DNA of 64,000 nucleotides from Escherichia coli (GTDB lineage Bacteria; Pseudomonadota; Gammaproteobacteria; Enterobacterales; Enterobacteriaceae): NCBI RefSeq assembly GCF_030384885.1, contig NZ_CP128613.1; one strand, 5' to 3'. Shown piece by piece: positions 56,939 to 64,000 of this stretch (position 1 is its first letter; each line of letters starts with the position of its first letter). The notes under the pieces were generated by a model. It saw only the letters and a program-made list of their open reading frames with translations, ran no database searches and was not told where the DNA came from. The position numbers and the translations under genes were made by a program.

Positions 56939-57721
56939 ATGATCATGAGTGACCAACCCGTTCTGTTCAGCAGAGCGGCGGCTTCCTGCCGCCTGACATT
57001 GAACCGTGAAGATAAATGTCATGCTATTAATGAAGAAATGATCGAATCTCTCGACCATTATTTAAATGAAATTGAAAACGACACCACATTACGATTAGTC
57101 GAATTAACGGCAACCGGCGATAAATTCTTTTGTGCAGGCGGCGATATTAAATCGTGGTCAGCCTATTCGCCATTAGATATGGGCAGAAAATGGATTAAAC
57201 GCGGCAATGACGTTTTTAATCGCCTGCGCAATTTACCTCAATTAACGGTTGCGAATCTCAACGGTCATACCATCGGCGGTGGTATTGAACTTGCCTTGTG
57301 CTGCGATATTCGTATTGCTCGCCCCGGCGCGAAATTCTCTAATCCGGAAGTAATGCTCGGCATGGTGCCTGGCTGGATGGGCATTGAACGCGTGCTTAAT
57401 CAGGTCGGTCCGGTGGTCGGTCGCCAGATGCTGATGCTGGGTAAACGCCTGACGGCGCAGGAAGCTCAGGCAGCGAATTTAATTGATGAAGTGGTAGAAA
57501 AAGAACAGGTGGAAAGCTGGATGGCGAATCAGTTAGCGCAGCTGGAAAAATGCGGTCCGGTGGCGCTCGCACATATCAAGCAACTGATTCTGGCTCTAGA
57601 AAATAAACATGCTGATTACCCGCACCAGTTACTGGCTGGATTAATGTCCGCCACTCAGGATTGCCAGCAGGCGACGCGCGCATTTGCCGAAAAAAGTAGC
57701 GTGAGCTTCCAAAATCAATAA
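56939..57721 (+). CDS. Enoyl-CoA hydratase/isomerase (crotonase) family protein
   Basis: 260-aa ORF with crotonase motifs (FCAGGDI, GGGIELALCCD); alternative start at 56945 has better RBS spacing. Confidence 0.85.
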   Translation: MIMSDQPVLFSRAAASCRLTLNREDKCHAINEEMIESLDHYLNEIENDTTLRLVELTATGDKFFCAGGDIKSWSAYSPLDMGRKWIKRGNDVFNRLRNLPQLTVANLNGHTIGGGIELALCCDIRIARPGAKFSNPEVMLGMVPGWMGIERVLNQVGPVVGRQMLMLGKRLTAQEAQAANLIDEVVEKEQVESWMANQLAQLEKCGPVALAHIKQLILALENKHADYPHQLLAGLMSATQDCQQATRAFAEKSSVSFQNQ

Positions 57722-57730
57722 GGAAATTGT

Positions 57731-59272
57731 ATGCGTAAGATAACAACCGCCGAGACACTGGCGGCGCAAATTCAGGACGGTGCAACCATTGCCATTAGCG
57801 GTAATGGCGGCGGCATGGTGGAAGCGGACCATATTCTGGCTGCTATTGAAGCGCGTTTCCTGCAAACCGGACACCCGCGCGATCTGACATTAATCCACTC
57901 GCTGGGCATTGGCGATCGCGACTGCAAAGGCACTAACCGCTTCGCTCATGCAGATATGCTCAAACGCATCATTGCCGGACATTTTACCTGGTCGCCCAAG
58001 ATGCAGGATCTGGTGAAAAACAATGCTATTGAAGCCTACTGCTTCCCTGGTGGCGTAATTCAGGCACTGCTGCGGGAGATCGGTGCCGGACGTCCAGGGC
58101 TTTTTACCCACGTTGGACTGGGATCGTTTGTTGATCCGCGCAACGGCGGCGGTAAGTCGAACGCCAGCACCACTGAGGATCTGGTAGAACTGATTGAAAT
58201 CGACGGTGAAACCAAACTTCGTTATCGCCCTTTCAAAGTGGATTACGCGATTTTGCGTGGCACTTATGCCGATCCTCGAGGCAACGTCAGCCTTGAAGAA
58301 GAGGCGATTGATATGGATAGCTATTCCATGGCGCTGGCAGCACACAACAGCGGTGGCAAAGTGTTCGTACAGGTGCGCGATGTGCTGGAAGCTGGTGCCA
58401 TTGAACCACGCCGGGTCAAATTACCGGGCATTCTGGTTGATGGCATCGTTGAACACCGCGAACAACCGCAAACATATCTTGGCGGTTACGACCTGACCAT
58501 CAGCGGTCAGCACCGCCGTTTAAGTTCTAACGACGCTATTGAACTGGTTACTCATCCGGTGCGCCGCCTGATTGCCCGTCGGGCAGCACGCGAACTGGTG
58601 GCTGGCGCTTCAACCAACTTTGGCTTTGGCATTCCCGGCGGCATTCCTGGGGTTGCACTGCGCGAAGGCGTGCCTTATCAAAGTTTATGGCTGAGCGTCG
58701 AGCAAGGCGTGCATAACGGTATGATGCTGGATGATGCTCTGTTCGGCTGCGCCCGTAACGCCGATGCCATTATTCCATCACTCGATCAATTCGAATTCTA
58801 CAGTGGCGGAGGGATCGATATCACCTTCCTCGGCATGGGAGAGATGGATCAGCATGGTAACGTCAACGTCTCCCATCTCAATGGCAATCTCATTGGCCCC
58901 GGCGGATTTCTCGAAATTGCGCAAAACGCCCGTAAAGTGGTGTTCTGTGGCACGTTCGACGCCAAAGGTAGCAAGATTGATGTAACACCAGATGGCTTGC
59001 ATATCGCCCAGTCAGGTCAAATCCCTAAACTGGTTACCCAAGTGGAAAAAATCACTTTTAGCGCCGCCTACGCACAGCAAAGCGGTCAGGAAGTGTTGTA
59101 TATCACTGAACGTGCAGTATTCCAATTAACAGCAGAAGGCGTTGAATTAATTGAAATCGCACCAGGTGTGGAGATTGAGCGCGACATTCTGCCATATATG
59201 GCTTTCCGTCCAATTATCAATCAGCCACGCCTGATGGAAAGTAGCCTGTTTACGCCGATGGAGGATGCATGA
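57731..59272 (+). CDS. Family I CoA-transferase (YdiF-like fused alpha/beta acyl-CoA:acetate CoA-transferase)
   Basis: 513-aa ORF collinear with E. coli YdiF (…GGG…DHIL…, FVDPRNGGGK, glutamate-containing active-site region). Confidence 0.82.
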   Translation: MRKITTAETLAAQIQDGATIAISGNGGGMVEADHILAAIEARFLQTGHPRDLTLIHSLGIGDRDCKGTNRFAHADMLKRIIAGHFTWSPKMQDLVKNNAIEAYCFPGGVIQALLREIGAGRPGLFTHVGLGSFVDPRNGGGKSNASTTEDLVELIEIDGETKLRYRPFKVDYAILRGTYADPRGNVSLEEEAIDMDSYSMALAAHNSGGKVFVQVRDVLEAGAIEPRRVKLPGILVDGIVEHREQPQTYLGGYDLTISGQHRRLSSNDAIELVTHPVRRLIARRAARELVAGASTNFGFGIPGGIPGVALREGVPYQSLWLSVEQGVHNGMMLDDALFGCARNADAIIPSLDQFEFYSGGGIDITFLGMGEMDQHGNVNVSHLNGNLIGPGGFLEIAQNARKVVFCGTFDAKGSKIDVTPDGLHIAQSGQIPKLVTQVEKITFSAAYAQQSGQEVLYITERAVFQLTAEGVELIEIAPGVEIERDILPYMAFRPIINQPRLMESSLFTPMEDA

Positions 59273-61350
59273 GTCAGCTTGATGACACCCTCCTTGATGC
59301 GCTGACGCATGTCACTTTCCCGAAGGGTTTTGCACAGGCAGAACCCGCATGGGTTGTCACGGTAGACGGTGTTGATTACCCACTCTGGCAAACAGATGCC
59401 CTGGTAGTCGGCAGTGGTGCAGCCGGGCTGCGTGCAGCTGTGGAACTTAAACGCCGCCAGCAAAATGTGTTGATCGCCACTGCCGGGTTATATATGGGGA
59501 CGTCGGCATGTTCTGGTTCCGATAAACAGACACTGTTTACCGCCGCTACCGCGGGCAATGGCGACAACTTCACCAAACTGGCAGAGGCACTGGCGAGCGG
59601 TGGAGCGATGGATCACGACACCGCTTATGTCGAAGCGGTAGGTTCTCTGCACACTCTTGGCGGGTTGCAATATCTTGGTCTGGAATTACCGGAAGATCGC
59701 TATGGCGCGATTCTTCGTTATCAAACCGACCATGACGAAGCCGGGCGTGCAACCTCGTGTGGGCCGCGTACCTCAAGGTTAATGGTGAAAGTGCTGTTGG
59801 AAGAAGTGCAGCGCCTCGCCATTCCAGTGTTGACCAGTGCAACAGTGATTAAACTGCTGCATCAGCGTGACGAAAACGGCGAAGACTGCGTGGCGGGGGC
59901 AATCCTCGCGACCGGTCATCGCGCCCATAACCCATGGGGGCTGGCAATTGTGACTGCGCCCAATGTGGTGCTGGCAACAGGAGGGCCTGGCGAGCTTTAT
60001 CGAGACAGTGTGTACCCACATAAATGCTTCGGCTCGCTGGGGCTGGCGCTGGAAGAAGGTCTGACGCTAACCAATCTGACCGAAAGCCAGTTTGGTATTG
60101 GCACGCCACGCAACACCTTTCCGTGGAATTTGTCCGGCACCTATGTACAGGTGATCCCATATATCTATTCCGTAGATGCTGAGGGCAACGAGTATAACTT
60201 CCTCACGGATTACTATCGAACTACCCAGGAACTGGCTTCAAACATCTTCCGTAAAGGCTATCAGTGGCCGTTTCACGCCACACGAGTGATGGATTTTGGC
60301 TCCAGCTTGTTAGATATGGCAGTAGCGCAAGAGCAGCAATCAGGGCGTCAGGTATTTATGGATTTCAATCGCAATCCTGAACCTGTGCCGGGTGACATGC
60401 CGTTCTCATTAGATCGACTGGACGACGACGTTCGCGCGTATCTGGAAAATAACGACGCTCTGGCACCATCGCCCATCGAACGACTGCAACGAATGAATCC
60501 GCTGTCTATCTCGCTGTATAAGATGCACGGTTACGATCTCACCACGCAGCCATTGCAGTTTGCCATGAATAATCAGCATATGAATGGCGGCATTGAAGTG
60601 GATATCTGGGGGCAAACCTCCCTGCCCGGCTGTTTCGCCGTGGGGGAAGTTGCTGGCACACACGGCGTTACCCGACCTGGCGGTGCGGCGCTGAATGCCG
60701 GACAGGTATTTGCCGTGCGACTGGCACGTTTTATTGGTTGCACACAAAAGCGGTCCGTTGAGGATGATATCGCGCAGCTGGTAGCCTCACCTCTGCATAC
60801 AATCAGAGAAGTTATCGCTCAGGCACTGGCAAACGAGAACGGAATGACGCTGGCAACGGTGAAAGAAAAAATCCAGGCGCGAATGTCTGATTACGCGGGA
60901 TTTATTTGCCATGCTGATAAAGTTCGTCACGCCGCCCGTGACGCCATGCTGTTAAATGAATTTGCGCAGCAACATGGTCTAACTATCAACCACGCCGGTG
61001 AAATTGCCGAGCTATTTATGTGGCGGCATATGGCATTAACATCCGCTGCGGTGTTAAGCCAGCTATCACATTATATTGATGCTGGCGGTGGTAGTCGTGG
61101 AGCACGGATGATTATTGATCCACAAGGAGAATATCTTCCACAAACTCGTCGCGGCGCAATCGAAGATTGGCGTTTTCGCTCTGAACAAGCTGAAGATAAA
61201 AATCACAGACTAACTCTCTCCTTTTCACAAGGTTTATTTATTAATGAAATTAAGTTCTTGAGAAACTTACCGCATATTAAAGGTATTTACTTTGAGAAGA
61301 ATTGGCCTGATTTTCTTAACGGAACAATTTATCAGACACGGCATGAATAA
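59269..61350 (+). CDS. FAD-dependent oxidoreductase, FrdA/SdhA-like flavoprotein
   Basis: 693-aa ORF; N-terminal dinucleotide-binding motif (VVGSGAAGLRAAVEL); start overlaps the upstream stop (ATGA). Confidence 0.78.
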   Translation: MSQLDDTLLDALTHVTFPKGFAQAEPAWVVTVDGVDYPLWQTDALVVGSGAAGLRAAVELKRRQQNVLIATAGLYMGTSACSGSDKQTLFTAATAGNGDNFTKLAEALASGGAMDHDTAYVEAVGSLHTLGGLQYLGLELPEDRYGAILRYQTDHDEAGRATSCGPRTSRLMVKVLLEEVQRLAIPVLTSATVIKLLHQRDENGEDCVAGAILATGHRAHNPWGLAIVTAPNVVLATGGPGELYRDSVYPHKCFGSLGLALEEGLTLTNLTESQFGIGTPRNTFPWNLSGTYVQVIPYIYSVDAEGNEYNFLTDYYRTTQELASNIFRKGYQWPFHATRVMDFGSSLLDMAVAQEQQSGRQVFMDFNRNPEPVPGDMPFSLDRLDDDVRAYLENNDALAPSPIERLQRMNPLSISLYKMHGYDLTTQPLQFAMNNQHMNGGIEVDIWGQTSLPGCFAVGEVAGTHGVTRPGGAALNAGQVFAVRLARFIGCTQKRSVEDDIAQLVASPLHTIREVIAQALANENGMTLATVKEKIQARMSDYAGFICHADKVRHAARDAMLLNEFAQQHGLTINHAGEIAELFMWRHMALTSAAVLSQLSHYIDAGGGSRGARMIIDPQGEYLPQTRRGAIEDWRFRSEQAEDKNHRLTLSFSQGLFINEIKFLRNLPHIKGIYFEKNWPDFLNGTIYQTRHE

Positions 61351-61370
61351 TATTGCAAAGGTTAATCACT

Positions 61371-61847
61371 ATGCGAAATATAATCAGATCTATTAATTCA
61401 TTGCTTTCCACGTTGAACATTACCATTTTGGCAATTATTGTGATGTGCGTTACATGGCAAGTAGTAGCACGATTTATCTTTAAAAGCCCCAGCATTTTTA
61501 CAGATGAACTTAGTCGTTTACTATTTATTTGTCTTGGACTTTTTGGTGGTGCTTATACTGCCGGACAAAACCGACATCTGGCCATTGATCTTCTGCCAAT
61601 GATGCTAAAAGGAAAATCCCGACGTTATTTATTCTTATGTATTCAGGCCATTGTTATTCTTTTTGCCTCTATCATTATGGTTTATGGTGGCGGGTTATTA
61701 ACACTGGACACATTTGATTCAGGGCAAACTTCTCCGGCTTTAGGCTGGCAGATGGGATATATTTACATGAGCATTCCAATAAGTGGCATCCTTATTATTA
61801 TATACACCATAGATACAGTTTTAACCGAACTTAAACAACCACTCTAA
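61371..61847 (+). CDS. TRAP transporter small permease (DctQ family)
   Basis: About 158 aa, four hydrophobic helices; ATG 61371 chosen over the TTG at 61353. Confidence 0.75.
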   Translation: MRNIIRSINSLLSTLNITILAIIVMCVTWQVVARFIFKSPSIFTDELSRLLFICLGLFGGAYTAGQNRHLAIDLLPMMLKGKSRRYLFLCIQAIVILFASIIMVYGGGLLTLDTFDSGQTSPALGWQMGYIYMSIPISGILIIIYTIDTVLTELKQPL

Positions 61848-61869
61848 AATAAGTAGGGATGGAGAAAAC

Positions 61870-63171
61870 ATGGATTACTGGTTACCGATCATTGTGTTAT
61901 TTGGTTCTTTCTTTTTTATGTTGGCATTAGGTGTTCCTATTGTCTATGCTATTGGTTTATCAACACTGGCATCAATTACTACACAACTCGATTTCAACTC
62001 AGCATTGAGTGTGGTTTCACAAAAGTTAGCCTCCGGGTTAGATAGTTTTACGTTGTTGGCAATCCCATTTTTTATCTTGTCTGGCAACATTATGAATCAT
62101 GGAGGAATAGCGCGACGATTAATCAACTTTGCCCGTATTCTCGGCGGTCGTCTGCCAGGCTCACTTGCTCACTGTAATATTCTTGCCAATATGCTGTTCG
62201 GGGCAATTTCTGGTTCAGCTGTTGCTTCGGCGGCTGCGATGGGCGGCGTCATGCATCCACAGCAGGTTAAAGAGGGTTACGACCCGGCATTCAGTACCGC
62301 TGTTAACGTTGCCTCTGCACCGACAGGTTTACTTATTCCACCCAGTAATACGTTAATTGTCTTTTCACTGGTCAGTGGTGGTACTTCTATTGCCGCACTG
62401 TTCCTGGCAGGATATGTCCCGGGAATTTTATTGGGCCTGGCGCTGATGACTGTGGCTGGTATTATCGCGGTACGCCGGGGTTATCCAAAACCAGAACGTC
62501 CGACTTTGCGCCAGGCTGGAGTGGCAATATGGATGGCGATCCCCAGTATTTTCCTGATTGTATTAATTATGGGTGGTGTACTAAGCGGTATTTTTACCCC
62601 GACAGAAGCATCTGCAATTGCGGTAATTTATACCCTTTTCCTTGCACTGGTTCTTTATCGTGAAATATCAGTTAAAGATTTACCTAAGATATTTCTGGAG
62701 TCCGTCATTACCACTGCAATTGTCTTGTTGTTAATTGGTTCTTCAATGGGAATGTCATGGGCAATGTCAAACGCTGACGTTCCCTTCCTGATTCTCGATT
62801 TGCTTAACACTATTTCTGATAATCCAATAATAATCCTGCTTATTATCAATATTATTCTGTTGATTATCGGCACATTTATGGATATGACACCGGCAGTACT
62901 GATTTTTACGCCGATATTTTTACCCGTTGTCACCGAACTGGGCATGGACCCGATTCACTTTGGTATTGTCATGGTACTGAACATGTGTATCGGTATTTGT
63001 ACTCCGCCTGTAGGCAGTGTGTTATTTGTCGGTTGTAGTGTATCTAAATTACCGATTAATAAAATTATCAAACCTATGCTGCCCTTCTATGCCGTGATGG
63101 TATTGGTGCTGGCTATGGTGACCTATATTCCGCAAATCAGTATGGCATTGCCAAGAGCACTGGGCTACTGA
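61870..63171 (+). CDS. TRAP transporter large permease (DctM family)
   Basis: 433-aa 12-TM ORF typical of DctM. Confidence 0.88.
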   Translation: MDYWLPIIVLFGSFFFMLALGVPIVYAIGLSTLASITTQLDFNSALSVVSQKLASGLDSFTLLAIPFFILSGNIMNHGGIARRLINFARILGGRLPGSLAHCNILANMLFGAISGSAVASAAAMGGVMHPQQVKEGYDPAFSTAVNVASAPTGLLIPPSNTLIVFSLVSGGTSIAALFLAGYVPGILLGLALMTVAGIIAVRRGYPKPERPTLRQAGVAIWMAIPSIFLIVLIMGGVLSGIFTPTEASAIAVIYTLFLALVLYREISVKDLPKIFLESVITTAIVLLLIGSSMGMSWAMSNADVPFLILDLLNTISDNPIIILLIINIILLIIGTFMDMTPAVLIFTPIFLPVVTELGMDPIHFGIVMVLNMCIGICTPPVGSVLFVGCSVSKLPINKIIKPMLPFYAVMVLVLAMVTYIPQISMALPRALGY

Positions 63172-63223
63172 TGCGCATTCACTGGCGGCTCCTGCCGCCA
63201 TATTTATTAGAAAAGGAACATCT

Positions 63224-64000
63224 ATGAAAATAAAAGTATCCGCTGGCATTATCGGTGCTGTTCTTATGTTATCTGCAGGCCAGTCCTGGGCAGTAACATT
63301 AAAACTTAGCCATAATCAGGATAAATCTCATCCTGTTCATAAAGCGATGGAGTTCTTTGCGAAAAAGAGCAAAGAGTACTCTAACGGTGATATTACTATT
63401 CGTATTTATCCAAATGGAACATTGGGTACTCAACGAGAAACAATGGAGCTGATTCGTTCTGGTGCTATTCCGCTGGTAAAAACCAATGCGGCGGAGATGG
63501 AAGCCTTCGAGAGTTCGTATAAAATATTTAGCCTGCCTTATTTGTTCCGCGATCGTGATCATTATTATCAGGTCATGCAAGGCGATATCGGAAGGAAAAT
63601 CCTCGACTCAACGAAAAACAAAGGTTATTTCGGTCTGACTTTCTATGATGGAGGCGCCCGCAGCTTCTACGGCAATAAACCGGTGCTGAAACCAGACGAT
63701 CTCAAAGGAATGAAAGTTCGTGTCCAGCCAAGCCCAGGGGCAGTTGAGATGATCAAAGTCATGGGAGGTAACCCAACACCGCTGGATTATGGAGAGTTGT
63801 ACACAGCATTGCAGCAAGGTGTGGTTGATATGGCGGAAAACAGTGTGATGGCGCTGACCACCATGCGCCACGGTGAAGTAGCAAAATCCTTCAGCCTTGA
63901 CGAACACACTATGGTTCCTGATGTGGTTCTAATGAGCAATGCTTCGTTTGATAAGCTTAGCCCGGAAAATCAGGCAGCTATATTAAAAGCAGCTAAAGAA
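63224..64000 (+). CDS. TRAP transporter substrate-binding protein (DctP family), 3-prime end outside the window
   Basis: Open frame from ATG 63224 (AAGGA RBS) to the window end; signal peptide MKIKVSAGIIGAVLMLSAGQSWA and DctP-like sequence. Confidence 0.85.
   Translation, partial: MKIKVSAGIIGAVLMLSAGQSWAVTLKLSHNQDKSHPVHKAMEFFAKKSKEYSNGDITIRIYPNGTLGTQRETMELIRSGAIPLVKTNAAEMEAFESSYKIFSLPYLFRDRDHYYQVMQGDIGRKILDSTKNKGYFGLTFYDGGARSFYGNKPVLKPDDLKGMKVRVQPSPGAVEMIKVMGGNPTPLDYGELYTALQQGVVDMAENSVMALTTMRHGEVAKSFSLDEHTMVPDVVLMSNASFDKLSPENQAAILKAAKE

Overview
This window is a contiguous Escherichia coli chromosomal segment, read in reverse-complement orientation relative to the usual K-12 map, running from the 3-prime end of valS to ytfA and then into an accessory operon. 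Gene identities were assigned by reading the supplied ORF translations against remembered E. coli protein families; no database search was run, so names are recognition-based and start codons were refined by eye from RBS context. Most of the window is ordinary core genome: argI, bdcRA, pyrLBI-ridA, mgtLA, treR-treBC, nrdDG, cybC, pmbA, yjgA, mpl, fbp, ytfQRT-yjfF, ppa, ytfP, tamAB, msrA, ytfL, cysQ, cpdB, qorB, ytfE, cycA, fklB, with REP/BIME repeats, intrinsic terminators and several recognisable operator sites. The strain is not K-12 MG1655-like: cybC is intact, the chpSB toxin-antitoxin pair expected between ppa and ytfP is absent, and ytfA is full length. The strongest candidate for an undescribed system is the tightly packed eight-gene operon at 55292-64000, divergent from ytfA (SDR, TIM-barrel enzyme, crotonase, YdiF-like CoA-transferase, FrdA/SdhA-like flavoprotein, TRAP transporter). 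Smaller candidates are a solo RelB-like antitoxin gene with a strongly repeated operator (22301-22600), two small AT-rich membrane-protein ORFs (11381-11836 and 27908-28423), and the AT-rich unknown genes yjgL (with an 18-bp in-frame tandem repeat) and ytfI. No CRISPR array, rRNA, tRNA or intact IS element was seen.
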